This document shows positions 36,419 through 49,049 of a stretch of DNA of 64,000 nucleotides, piece after piece. This DNA is from Squalus acanthias (lineage: Eukaryota), in contig JASTWF010000335.1 in the NCBI GenBank assembly GCA_030390025.1, positions 62,001 through 126,000 on the forward strand. Reading direction: 5' to 3'. Positions within the stretch are counted from its first letter, which is position 1. Each line of letters starts with the position of its first letter. The position numbers were made by a program, and so were the translations under genes. The notes below the pieces were generated by a model. The model saw nothing but the letters and a program-made list of their open reading frames with translations. It had not been told where the DNA came from and did no database searches.

Positions 36419-39025
36419 AGAACACCAAAGGGCAGAAAACGTTAGTGGGGGTTGTGTACAGACCTCCAAACAGTAGTAGTGAGGTGGGAGAGGGTATGAA
36501 ACAGGAAATCAGAGGTGCATGCAAAAAAGGCGCAGCAGTTATCATGGGTGACTTTAATATGCATATAGATTGGGCTACTCAAACTGGAAGCAATACGATG
36601 GAGGAGGATTTCCTGGAGTGTTTAAGGGATGGTTTCCTAAACCAATATGTTGAGGAACCAACTAGAGGGGAGGCCATCCTGGACTGGGTGTTGTGTAATG
36701 AGGAAGGACTAATCAGCAATCTTGTGGTGCGTGGCCCCTTGGGGAAGAGTGACCATAGTATGGTGGAGTTCTACATTAGGATGGAGAAGGAAACAGTTAA
36801 TTCAGAGACCATGGTCCAGAACTTAAATAAGGGCAACTTTGAGGGTATGAGGCGTGAATTGGCGAGGTTAGATTGGCAAGCGATATTTAAGGGGCTATCA
36901 GTGGAAGGGCAATGGCAGACATTTAGAGATCGCATGGATGAACTACAGCAATTGTACATCCCTGTCTGGCGTAAAAATAAAAAAGGGAAGGTGGCTCAAC
37001 CATGGCTAACAAGGGAAATCAGGGATAGTATTAAAAGCAAGGAAGTGGCATACAAATTGGCCAGAAGTAGCAGCAAACCCGGGGACTGGGAGAACTTTAA
37101 AACTCAGCAGAGGAGGACGAAGGGTTTGATTAGGGCAGGGAAAATAAAATATGAAAGGAAGCTTGCGGAGAACATTAAAACGGACTGCAAAAGCTTCTAT
37201 AAATATGTAAAAAAAAAGAGGTTAGTAAAAACAAACGTAGGTCCCCTGCAGTCAGAAACAGGGGAAGTCATAATGGGGAACAAAGAAATGGCAGATCAAT
37301 TGAACAAGTACTTTGGTTCGGTGTTTACTGTGGAGGACACAAACAACCTTCCGGAAATAAAAGAGATCAAAGGATCTGGTAAGAGGGAGGAGCTGAGGGA
37401 AATCCTTATCAGTCGGGAAAAGATGTTGGGGAAATTGATGGGACTGAAGGCTGATAAATCCCCAGGGCCTGATGGTCTGCATCCCAGAGTACTTAAGGAG
37501 GTGGCCTTGGAAATAGTGGATGCATTGATGATCATTTTCCAACATTCCTTAGACTCTGGATCAGTTCCGAAGGAGTGGAGGGTGGCTAATGTAACCCCTC
37601 TTTTTAAAAAAGGAGGGAGGGAGAAAGCAGGGAATTATAGACCGGTCAGCCTGACATCGGTGGTGGGTAAAATGATGGAATCAATTATTAAAGATGTCAT
37701 AACAGACCATTTGGAAAGTGGCGACATGATAGGTCCAAGTCAGCATGGATTTGTGAAAGGGAAATCACGCTTGACAAATCTTCTGGAATTTTTTGAGGAT
37801 GTTTCCAATAGGGTGGACGGGGGGGAACCAGTAGATGTGGTGTATTTGGACTTTCAGAAGGCCTTCGACAAGGTCCCACACAAGAGATTGGTGTGCAAAG
37901 TTAAAGCACATGGGATTGGGGGTAATGTGTTGACGTGGATTGAGAACTGGTTGGCACACAGGAAACAAAGAGTAGGAGTAAATGGGTACTTTTCAGAATG
38001 GCAGGCAGTGACCAGTGGGGTACCGCAGGGTTCGGTGCTGGGACCCCAGCTGTTTACATTATATATTAATGATTTGGACGAAGGGATTAATTGTAATATC
38101 TCCAAATTTGCGGATGACACTAAATTGGGAGGCAGTGTGAACAATGAGGAGGATGTTAGGAGGCTACAGAGTGACTTGGACAGGTTGGGTGAATGGGCAA
38201 ATGTATGGCAGATGAAGTACAATGTGGATAAATGTGAGGTTATCCACTTTGGTGGTACAAATAGGGAGGCAGACTATTACCTGAATGGTGGCAGATTAGG
38301 GAAAGGGGAGGTGCAACAAGACCTGGGCGTCATGGTACATCAGTCACTAAAGGTGGGAAGGCAAGTGCAGCAGGCAGTCAAGAAAGCAAATGGCATGATG
38401 GCCTTCATAGCAAGGGGATTTGAGTACAGGAGTAGGGAGGTGATGCTACAGTTTTACAGGGCCTTGGTGAGGTCACACCTGGAGTATTGTGTGCAGTTTT
38501 GGTCTCCTAACTTGAGGAAGGACATTCTTGCTATTGAGGGAGTGCAATGAAGGTTCACTAGATTGATTCCTGGGATGGCCAGACTGACATATCAAGAAAG
38601 ACTGGATCAACTGAACTTGTATCCTCTGGAGTTCAGAAGAATGAGGGTGGATCTTGACTGGTTTAGACAAATTAGATGCGGGCAGAATGTTTCCAATGTT
38701 AGGGAAAACTAAAACCAGGGGTCACAGTCTAGGGATAAAGGGGAAGCCATTTAAGACTGAGATGAGGAGGAACTTCTTCACCCAGAGAGTGGTGAATCTG
38801 TGGAATTCTCTACCACAGAAGGTTGTTGAGGCCAGTTCGCTAAATATATTCAAAAGGGAGTTAGATATAATACTCACAACTAGGGGGATCAAGGGGTATG
38901 GCGAGAAAGCAGGAATGGGGTACTGAGGTAGCATGTTCAGCCATGAACGCATTAAATGGCGGTGCAGGCTCGAAGGACCGAATGGTCTACTCCTGCACCT
39001 ATTTTCTATGTTTCTATGTTTCTAT
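36419..39025 (+). mobile_element. CR1 LINE truncated within the APE domain
   Basis: Runs from NTKGQKTLVGVVYRPPN through RT; stop at 38548-38550; tttctatg tail. Confidence 0.95.
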
Positions 39026-40469
39026 GGTAGGAGAGTGGGAGGGAGAGGGGAAAGGAAGGAAGGAGGGAATCAAGGAGGGGGAGAGAGGAAATGATAGAGG
39101 GAAGAGAGAGGGAGGGAGAGAGGAAAGGAGGGAAGAGAGAGTGTAGGAGCGAGAGCGGGAGAGAGTGAAGCAGGGAAGGAGAGAGGGAAAAGCGAGGGAT
39201 GGAGAGAGAGAGGGAAGGACGGACGGAGAGAGGGAAGTGAGAGGGAAGGAGGGAAGAAGAGATTGAGAAGGAGAGAGATAGAAGCAGGGAGGTAGAGAAA
39301 GAAGGGAGAGGGAGGGATGGAGGGAAGGTGAAAAGGAGAGTGGGAAGGAGAGAGGAAAGGAAAGCAGGAGGGAGAGGGAAGGAGGGAAGGAGAGAGGGAA
39401 GGAGGGAAGGAGAGAGGGAAGGAGGGAAGGAGGGAAGGAGAGAGGGATGAGAAGGAGGGACAGGAGGGAAGATGTGAAGGAGAGTGGGAAGGAGAGAGGG
39501 AGGAGAGAGGGAAGGAGGGAAGGAGAGAGAGATGTGCGAGGAAGCGAGAGAGGGAAAGAGGTGGGAGAGAGGGAAGGAGGCAGGAGAGAGGGATGGACAG
39601 CAGGACGAAGGGAACAAGAGAGGGAGTGAGAGGGAGGGAAGGAGGAAAGGAGTGGGAAGGAAGAAAGGAGTGGGGAGGGAGAGAGGGAAGGCAGAGGGTT
39701 GGAGGAAGTGAAGGAGAGAGGGAGGGAGAGGGGAAATGAAGGTAGGAAGGAGGGAGTGAATAGAGGAGGAGTAGAGAGTGAATGATAGAGGGAAGAGAGA
39801 GGGAGAGAGGGAAGAGAGAGGGAGGGAGAGAGGGAAGGAAGGTAGAGGGGGAAGGAAGAAAGGAGAGCATGAGGGAGGGAGGAGAGAGGGAAGGAGATAG
39901 GGACAGGGGAAGGACAGAGTGAGGGAGAGACAGTAGGAGGGAAGGAGAGAGGAAAGGAGAAATGGAAAGAGAGAGGGAGGGAAGAAGAGATAGAAGGAGG
40001 GCGGGAGAGAGGGAAGGAGGGAGGGTGGGAGAGAGGGAGGGTGGGAGGAAGGGAAGGAGAGTGGCAAGGAGTGAGGGATGGAGAGACAAATAGAGGGAAG
40101 GAGGGAGGGAGGGAGAGAGGGAAGGAGAGAGGGAAGGAGGGAAGGAGAGGGGGAGGAAGGGAAGGAGAGAGGGATGGAGGAATGAGGAGAGGGGGACAGA
40201 GAGAGGTATTGATGGAAGTAGAGAGGGAGTGAGAGAGTGAAGCAGGGAAGGAGAGAAGAAAGGAGGAAAGGAGAGATGGAATGAGAGAAGGAGAGAGGGA
40301 AGAGAGTGGGAGAGACGGAGGGAAGGTGCGAAGGAGAGTGGGAAGGAGGGAGAGAGGGAAGCAGGGAAGGAGAGGGGCAGGGAGGGAAGGAGAGAGGGAG
40401 GGACGGAAATAAGGTGTGAAGGAGAGTGGGAAGGAGAGAGGGAAGGAGGAAAGGAGAGATGGAAGAGTT

Positions 40470-42575
40470 TGGCATAAAAATAAAACAAAAAAAGGTGACT
40501 CAACCGTGGCTAACAAAGGAAATTAGGGATAGCATAAGATCCAAGGAGAGGACATATAAATTGGCCAGAAAAAGCAGCAAACCTGAGGATTGGGAGCAGT
40601 TTAGGATTCAGCAAAGAAGGACAAAGGGATTAATTAAGAGGGGGAAAGTAGAGTATGAGAGTAAGCTTGCAGGGAACATAAAAACTGACTGTAAAAGCTT
40701 TTATAGAAATGTGAAGAGAAAAAGATTGGTGAAGTCAAGTGTAGGTCCCTTGCAGTCAGAATCAGGGGAATTTATAATGGGGAACAAAGAAATGGCTGAC
40801 CAATTAAATACATACTTTGGTTCTGTCTTCACAAAGGAGGACACAAATAACCCCCGAGAGATGTCGGGGAACATAGGGTCTAATGAGAGGGAGGAACTGA
40901 AAGAAATCAGTATTTGGAGGGAAATAGTGTTAGGGAAATTGGCGGGATTGAAGGCCGATAAATCCCCAGGTCCTGATAATCTACATCCTAGGGTACTTAA
41001 GGAAGTGGCCCTAGAAATAGTAGATGCATTGCTGGTCATCTTCCAAATTTCTATAGACTCTGGAACAGTACCCATGGATTGGAGGGTAGCTAATGTTACC
41101 CCACTATTCAAAAAAGGTGGTAGAGAGAAAACAGGGAATTATAGACCGGTAAGCCTGACATCGGTAGTGGGGAAAATGCTAGAGTCCATTATAAAAGATG
41201 TAATAGCAGAGCACTTGGAAACAGTGACAAGATCGGACAAAGTCAACATGGATTTACAAATCTACTGGAATTTTTTGAGGATGTAACTGGTAAAATAGAT
41301 AAGGGAGAACCAGTGGATGTGGTGTATTTGGACTTTCGGACACTCCTGCCTGGCGATTGTTGCGCGGTGTCCGTTCATACGTTGTCGCAGTGTCTGTATG
41401 GTCTCGCCGATGTACCATGCTCCGGGGCATCCTTTCCTGCAACGTATGAGGTAGACAACGTTGGCCGAGTCACATGAGTATGTACCATGTACCTGGTGGG
41501 TAGTGTCCTCACGTGTGATGAAGGTATCTGTGTTGATGATCTGGCATGTCTTGCAGAGGTTGCCGTGGCAGGGTTGTGTGGTGTCGTGGTCGCTGTTCTC
41601 CTGAAAGCTGGGTAATTTGCTGCGAACAATGGTCTGTTTGAGGTTAGGCGGCTGTTTGAATCGCCAGGCAGGAGTGTTCCCTCCCAGTCGGGGAACACTT
41701 CAGCAGTCAAGGACATTCAGCCTCCGATCTGTGGGTAAGCGTTCTCCAAGGCGGCCTTCGAGACACACGACAACGCAAAATCGTCGAGCAGAAACTGATA
41801 GCCAAGTTCCGCACCCATGAGGACGGCCTCAACCGGGATCTTGGGTTCATGTCATGCTACATGTAACCCCACCTGACGTAGAGTCATCCAGACTCGAGTC
41901 GTCGTTGGCTTGTTCTCTCTACACAGATGCGGCCGGACCTGCTGTGATTTCCAGCAAAAACAGTTTCTTGTTTTCGATACAGACCCCAGCATCTGCCACA
42001 TTGACCCCTTGTGACCCCACCTCATTGTCTTTGATGTAATGTTTTCCTGACTGACCTGTTTGGACACCATCCACACCTTTGATTGCCGTGATTATCTCTC
42101 TGCCGAGCTGTGATAAAGGGCAGTTGGAAAGATTAACTGTAGTCACCTGGCAGTGTTCTCTGACTATATATGCTGTGCCCATATGCATCTCTTCACTTCA
42201 CCTGACGGAGGAGCAGCGCTCCGAAAGCTTGTGATTTCAAATAAAACTGTTGGACTATAACCTGGTGTTGTGCGACTTCTCACATAAGGATAAGGGGTAA
42301 GACATTTAGGACTGAAATGAGGAGGAATTTCTTCACCCAGAGAGTGGTGAACCTGTGGAATTCTCTACCACAGAAGGTAGTTGAGGTCAATTCATTAAAT
42401 ATATTCAAGAAGGAGTTGGATATATTTCTTAAAGCTAAAGGTATCAAGGGATATGGGGAGAAGGCAGGGACAGGGTACTGAATTTGGATGATCAGTCATG
42501 ATCTCATTGAATGGCAGAGCAGGCTCGAGGGGCTGAATGACCTACTCCTGCTCCTATCTTCTATGTTTCTATGTA
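40470..42575 (+). mobile_element. CR1 fragment (40470-41338 and 42284-42575) split by a Penelope-like insertion
   Basis: CR1 ORF2 stops at VVYLDF and resumes near IRGK..RTEMRRNFF, then 3' UTR. Confidence 0.88.
41339..42283 (+). mobile_element. Penelope-like element 3' end: GIY-YIG endonuclease (5' part inverted) plus 3' UTR/pLTR with hammerhead-like motifs
   Basis: Minus 41341-41658 reads YSCDSANVVYLIRCRKGCPGAWYIGET..LRQRMNGHR. Plus 41659-41866 reads IARQECSLPVGEHFS..EQKLIAKFRTHEDGLN. CTGACG..GAAAGCTT at about 42200-42232. Confidence 0.85.
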
Positions 42576-44417
42576 AGAGAGTGGGAGGGACGGAGGGAAG
42601 GTGTGAAGGAGAGCGAGAGGGAGAGAGGGAAGCAGGGAAGGAGAGAGGGAAGAGCGAGGAAGCGAGAGAGGGATGGAGAGAGGGAAGGAGGGAAGTAGAG
42701 AGGGAGAGAGAGAGGGAAGGCGAGATTGAGAAGGAGGGAGGGAGAAGGAAGCAGGGAAGGAGAGAGGCAGGGAGGGATGGAGAGAGGGATGGAGAGCTGT
42801 CCTTCCCTCCTTCCCTCTCTCCCTTCCTTCCTTCCCTCTCTCCATCCCTCCCTGCCTCTCTCCCTCCCTCCTTCTATCTTTCCGTCCATCACTCCTTCCC
42901 TCTCTCATTCCCTCTGTCCTTGCCTCCTTACTTCTCTCGCTCTGTCTCTCCTTCTCGCTCTCCTTCCCTCCTTCCCTCTCTCCCTCCACTCCTTCCCTCT
43001 CTCTCTCGCTCTCTCCTTCCCACCTTCCTTCTCTCCTTCCCTCTCTCCCTACCTCCCTCTGTCCTTCCATCCTTCTCTCTCTCCTTCTCACTTCCTTCCC
43101 ACTCTCCTTCCCTCCCTCCTTCCCTCTCTCCTTTCCTCCCTCGGTAATTCCATCCTTCCCTCTCTCCTTCATTCCTTCTGTCTCACCCTCCCTATCTCCT
43201 TACCTCCGTCCCTCTCTCCTTCACTCCTTCCCTTTCTCCCACCCTCTCTCCCACACCTTCCCTCTCTCCCTCCCTCCCTCCCACTCTCCTTCCCTCTCCC
43301 TCCCACTCTCCTTCCCTCTCTCCCTCCCACTCTCCTTCCCTCTCCCTCACTCCATCCCTCCCTCCCTCTCCCTCCCTCCTTCCTTCTCTCTCTCACTCCC
43401 TCCTTCTATCTCTCCCTCCCTCTCTCCTTCCCTCCCTTCGTCTCTCCCTCCCACTCTCCTTCGCGCTGTCCTTCGCTCCTTCCCTCTCTCTCTTTCCCGC
43501 TCTCCCTCCCTCTTTCATTTCCTCTCCTTCCTTCCCTCTCTCCTTCCCTCCATCCTTCCCTCTCTCCTTCCCTCCATCCTTCTCTCCGTCCCTGCCTCCC
43601 TCCTTCTCACCGTCCCTCACAACCCTCCCTCTCCTTCCCTCCTTACCTCTCTCCTTTCCTCAGCTTCCCTCCTGCTCTCTCCCCCTCTCGCTTTCATTCC
43701 CTCTCTCCTTTCTTCCATCCATCTCACCCTCCCTCTCTCCCTCATTCTCTCTCCTTCCCTCTCTGCTCTCTCCCTCCCTTCTTCCTTCTATCTCTCCCTC
43801 CCTCTCTCCATCCCTCTCGCCTTCTCTCAATTCCTCTCTCCATAACTACTTCCGTCTCTCTCCCTCTCTCCTTCCCACCTTCCCTCTATTCATCTCTCCC
43901 TCACTCTTTCCCTCTCTCCTTCCTTCTTTCTCTCCCTCCGTCTCTTGCCCTCCCTCTATCATTCCCTCCTTACCTCTCTCTCTCCCTCCTCTCTCCTTCC
44001 CTTTCAGCTTCTCTCCTTCCCTCTCCCTCCCTCTTTCATTCCCTCTAAGCTTTCTTTCTTCCCTCACCTTTTCCCTCCCTCCCTCGCTCCTTCCCTCTCT
44101 GCCTCACTTGCTCTCCCTCTCCTTCCCTTCCTCCCTCTCTCTTGCCTTCCCTCTCTCCTTCCCTCCCTCGCTCTCTCCTTCCCTCTCGCTTATCTCTCAC
44201 CCTCTTCTCTCCTCCCTCTTTCTCTTTCTCACCCACCTTCTCCCTTCCCTCTCTCTCCTCTCTCTCTCTGTCTGTCTTTCATATCTTGTAATTCTTGTTG
44301 TGATGGGTCTGTCATCTTTCCAAGCATGGGACATTGAGATTAAAGAAACAAAAGATGGCTCTAGAGGAGGTGTAAATGGGAACGGTAGAATCATCAACAG
44401 CTGCTGCCTGAAAAGAT

Positions 44418-45400
44418 AGGGGCAGAGGTTATGGTCTGAAATTGTTGAACTCTATGTTGAGTCCAGAAGGCTGTAAAGTGCCTAATCGAAAGATGAGGTG
44501 CTGTTCCTCGAGCTTACGTTGAGCTTCATTGGAACAGTGTAAGAGGCCGAGGACGGTGAGGTCTGAGTGAGCGTGGAGCGGAGAATTAAAGCGACAGGCG
44601 ACCGGAATCTCGGGGTCACCCTATCGGACTGAACGGAGGTGTTCTGCAAATCAGTCACCCAATCTGCGTTTGGTCTCCCCAATGTAGAGGAGACCGCATC
44701 GTGAGCAGCGAATACAGTATACTAAATTGCAAGAAGTACAAGTAAATCGCTGTTTCACCTGGAAGGGGTGTTTGGGGCCCTGGACAGTGGGAAGGGGGGA
44801 GGTAAAAGGGCAAGTGTTGCATCTCCTGCGCTTGCACGGGAAGGTGCCGTGGGGAGGGGAGGGGGTGCTGGGGGTGGTAGAGGAGTGGACCAGGGTGTCG
44901 CGGAGGGAGCGGTCCCTTCGGAATGCTGAAAGGGGAGGTGAGGGGAAGATGTGTTTGGTGGTGGGATCACGTTGGAGGTGGCGGAAATGGCGGTGGATGA
45001 TCCGTCGAATGTGGAGGCTGGTGGGGTGAAAGGCGAGGACAAGGGGAACCCTATCGTGGTTCCGGGAGGGAGGGGCAGGGGTGAGGGCAGAGTGCGGGAG
45101 ATAGAACGGACACGGTCGAGGGCCGTATCAACCACGGTAGAGGGGAATCCTCGGTTGAGGAAAAAGGAAGACATGTCGGAAGCACTGGTATGGAAGGTGG
45201 CATCGTCAGAGCAGATGCGGTGGAGACGGAGAAACTGGGAGAAGGGAATAGAGTCCTTACAGGAAGCGGGGTGGGAGGAAGTGTAGTCCAGGTAGCTGTG
45301 GGAGTCAGTGGGCTTATAGTGGATGTTGGTCGATAGCCTATCCCCAGAAATGGAGACAGAGAAGTCGAGGAAGGGAAGGGAAGGGTTGGAGATGGACCAT
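44418..45400 (-). mobile_element. Penelope-like element fragment (RT C-terminus/thumb plus GIY-YIG)
   Basis: Reads MSSFFLNRGFPSTVV..; FPCKRRRCNTC; FTCTSCNLVYCIRCSRCGLLYIGETKRRL. Confidence 0.85.
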
Positions 45401-45955
45401 CATTGAATGGTGGAACAGGCTCGAGGGGCTGAATGGCCTCCTCCTGCTCCTACATAACAGGCTCGAGGGGCTGAATGGCCTCCTCCTGTTCCTACATAAC
45501 AGGCTCGAGGGGCTGAATGGCCTCCTCCTGTTCCTGTGGAACAGGCTCGAGGGGCTGAATGGCCTCCTCCTGTTCCTGTGTAACAGGCTCGAGGGGCTGA
45601 ATGGCCTCCTACTGTTCCTGTGTAACAGGCTCGAGGGGCTGAATGGCCTCCTCCTGTTCCTACATAACAGGCTCGAGGGGCTGAATGGCCTCCTCCTGTT
45701 CCTGTGTAACAGGCTCGAGGGGCTGAATGGCCTCCTCCTGTTCCTGTGTAACAGGCTCGAGGGGCTGAATGGCCTCCTCCTGTTCCTACATAACAGGCTC
45801 GAGGGGCTGAATGACCTCCTCCTGTTGCTGTGTAACAGGCTCGAGGGGCTGAATGGCCTCCTCCTGCTCCTGTGTAACAGGCTCGAGGGGCTGAATGGCC
45901 TCCTCCTGTTCCTGTGTAACAGGCTCGAGGGGCTGAATGGCCTCCTCCTGTTGCT
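45401..45955. repeat. Inverted copy of the 42 bp CR1-tail minisatellite
   Basis: Reverse complement of the 12060-13140 units, with a shorter array. Confidence 0.92.
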
Positions 45956-47739
45956 GTGCTCCTATCCGCAGTATTTGGCTTTTGTATGAGATTTTCCGCC
46001 AGTTTCCACTGATTCTGGCTTCAATCAGCCAAACTGGCCCAAAAGATCGAGGAATGTGAAGCACCAGATACTTTGATTGTAAATCGAGTTGCTTTAATGT
46101 TGGTTGAACAAGCATTATTTTATTTGGTGATTATACCCATTTTCAGCTGAATTAATAAAACTGCCCCAGGTGACCATCTTAAATACACCGAGGAATATTG
46201 TTAAATGCAAGGACTAAATAAGGGAACGATTCCGTTCTATTACGCTGCCCGATTGCGATGGTTCATGGAAGATTTAACATGTGTGCTTATGCGAATGAAG
46301 CGATTACAAAGTAGTCGACAGTATTTACAGCACAGAAACAGGCCATTCGGCCCAACTGCTCCATGTCCGTGTTTCTGCTCCACACGAGACTCCTCCCACC
46401 CTTCCTCATCTCACCCCATCAACATCTCCCTCTATTCCTTTCACCCTCGTGTGTTTATCCAGCTTCCCCATAAATGTATCGACGCTCTTCGCCTCAACCA
46501 CTCCCTGTGGGAACGAGTTCCACTCTCTGGGTGAGGGAGTTTCTCCTGAATTCCCGATTGGATTTATTAGTGACTATCTCATACTGACGGCCCCCAGTTC
46601 TGGTTTTAGTGATGTTGGTTAAGGGATAAAAATTGGCCCCAGGACACCGTGGAGAACTGACCCCTGCTCTTCTTCGAATAACGGCCGCGGGGTCTTTTAC
46701 ATCCCCTCTGACAGTGCAGCGCTCCCTCAGTACTGCCCCTCCGACAGTGCAGGCGCTCCCTCAGTACTGCCCCTCCGACAGTGCAGCACTCCCTCAGTAC
46801 TGCCCCTCCGACAGTGCAGCGCTCCCTCAGTACTGTCCCTCCGACAGTGCGGCGCTCCCTCAGTACTGTCCCTCCGACAGTGCAGCGCTCCCTCAGTACT
46901 GCCCCTCCGACAGTGCGGCGCTCCCTCAGTACTGCCCCTCCGACAGTGCAGCGCTCCCTCAGTACTGCCCCTCCGACAGAGCAGCGCTCCCTCAGTACTG
47001 CCCCTCCGACAGTGCAGCGCTCCCTCAGTACTGCCCCTCCGACAGTGCAGCGCTCCCTCAGTACTGTCCCTCCGACAGTGCAGCGCTCCCTCAGTACTGC
47101 CCCTCCGACAGTGCAGCGCTCCCTCAGTACTGCCCCTCCGACAGTGCAGCGCTCCCTCAGTACTGCCCCTCCGACAGTGCAGCACTCCCTCAGTACTGCC
47201 CCTCCGACAGAGCAGCACTCCCTCAGTACTGCCCCTCCGACAGTGCAGCACTCCCTCAGTACTGCCCCCATCATGCCAGTGACGCCCACATCCCATAAAT
47301 GATTAAATATATCGATGTGTATTTGTAGGAATAGCCAGAGGCTGTGTGGAACTAATTGGATAGCTCTTTCAAAGAGCCGGCAGAGGCCCGATGGGCCGAA
47401 TGGCCTCCTTCTGTGCTGTATCTAAGTTGGATTAACACCCACATGCCTACTGTACACTGTGGGGACTGTATGACAAAGTTATCTGTGCACGCACTGTGAG
47501 CAATGCCATGGAGTGGGGGAGGTCTGCTAGTAATATGCATGCAAGGGCTTATTTCAACTCCTGCGTGGGAACATGGGTCGGAGACTTTAACGGTCGGGCC
47601 TGGTTCGGTCCTTGCCGGTCAGGAGCAGCTCGCAGTTTATCATTAGAGAGGGTGTTTTCGGTAACAAGTTAATTCTGAGAGTTGAGTGAGCGGGGCGGAG
47701 CCTGGGCCTCACAAAAGACAAGTTTCTTAACCTTAGCGG

Positions 47740-48715
47740 GAGGTGCACAAAATCTAGGCCGACACTCCCCGATTGCCAGTACTGAGGGAGTGCCGCACTG
47801 TCGGAGTGTCAGGACTGAGGGTGCGCTGCACTGTCGGAGGGGCAGTACTGAGGGAGCGCTGCACTGTCGGAGGGGCAGTACTGAGGGAGCGCCGCACTGT
47901 CGGAGTGTCAGGACTGAGGGTGCGCTGCACAGTCGGAGGGGCAGTACTGAGGGAGCACTGCACTGTCGGAGGGGCAGTACTGATGGAGCGCCGCACTGTC
48001 GGAGTGTCAGGACTGAGGGTGCGCTGCACTGTCGGAGGGGCAGTACTGAGGGAGCGCTGCATTGTCGGAGGGGCAGTACTGATGGAGCGCCGCACTGTCG
48101 GAGTGTCAGGACTGAGGGAGCGCTGCACTGTCGGAGGGGCAGTACTGAGGGAGCGCTGCACTGTCGGAGGGGCAGCACTGAGGGAGCGCTGCATTGTCGG
48201 AGGGGCAGTACTGAGGGAGCGCTGCATTGTCGGAGGGACGGTACTGAGGGAGCGCTGCACTGTCGGAGGGGCAGTACTGAGGGAGCGCTGCACTATCGGA
48301 GGGGCAGTACTGAGGGAGCGCCGCACTGTCGGAGGGGCAGTACTGAGGGAGCGCCGCACTGTCGGAGGTGCTGGCTTTTGAGATGAGACGTCAAACAAGG
48401 TCCCATCGTCTGCTCTCTGGGGTGGATGTAAAAGATCCCACAGGCACGATTGGAAAAAGAGCAGGGGGGAGTTAGACCTGGTGTCCTGAGGTCAATATTT
48501 ATCCTTCAACCAACATCACTAAAACAGATGATCTGGTCATTTATTACAGTGCTGTATGTGGGAGCTTGCTGTGCGCAATTTGGCTGCCGTGTTTCCACCA
48601 GTACAACAGCGACTACACTTCAAATGTATTTGATTGGGTGTGGAGTGTTTTGGGAAGTCCTGAGGTTGTGAAAGGCATTATAGAAATGCTAGCTCTTTGT
48701 TTCTCTCTTTCTGAA
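47740..48715 (+). mobile_element. DeuSINE/SacSINE1-like SINE with the 33 bp minisatellite expanded in situ (47775-48370)
   Basis: SINE sequence (AAATCTAGGCCGACACT.. before, GGTGCTG.CTTT..GATGAGACGT.AAAC after) flanks the array on both sides. Confidence 0.75.
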
Positions 48716-48903
48716 TCACTTTCTTTCCTTTCAGAGTCAGGCTTCGTAGCTTTGGACCTGATGCCACGGAACGTCTGAGATCAAACATGAATTGCTGGAC
48801 TAGAAAGAAGACTTGGGTCCATCCAGTTCGCCTTAATCCACCCTGGTACAACGGTAATGGAGTTGTTGACCAGTCAAAGGCAGTCAATGGTGAGGTGAGA
48901 TCT

Positions 48904-48966
48904 TCATTGGGCTCCCAAGAGGTCATCCCTAGGGTCTTGTGCTGATGGTGGATTCATGACCACAGT
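48904..48966 (-). CDS. MS4A-like gene B, terminal coding exon: TVVMNPPSAQDPRDDLLGAQ*
   Basis: Inverted duplicate of 11085-11147 with an intact acceptor. Confidence 0.6.
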   Translation of the reverse strand, partial: TVVMNPPSAQDPRDDLLGAQ

Positions 48967-49049
48967 CTGAACACAGATCAGAGAGAGAGAGAGAGACGGT
49001 CCATTAGTATCAACAGCCTCCTGTGACATTCAAATAACCCCATTACACG

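Larger units (their letters stand above)
25071..44270. repeat. Very long low-complexity GA-rich polypurine tract (segments 25071-26675, 27000-27555, 31990-36418, 39026-40470, 42575-42797; CT-rich orientation 42798-44270), interrupted by TEs
   Basis: Near-pure G/A composition with GAGAGGGAAG motifs; the tract begins at about 18060, before the provirus. Confidence 0.95.

Noticed and set aside
31941..36545. 1534-aa and other long Ser/Pro/Leu- or Arg/Glu/Gly-rich ORFs in the GA/CT tracts
   Set aside because: Stop codons are simply rare in polypurine/polypyrimidine sequence. ORFs are open in several frames with no domain signal.
36244..38550. 768-aa ORF as an intact LINE ORF2
   Set aside because: The N-terminus is GA-tract translation; the CR1 is truncated within APE and has a premature stop.
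5637..39025. CR1 copies at 5637-7800 (-) and 36419-39025 (+) as arms of a second inverted duplication
   Set aside because: They are very similar, but the flanks and truncation points differ, so they are independent insertions of one subfamily.
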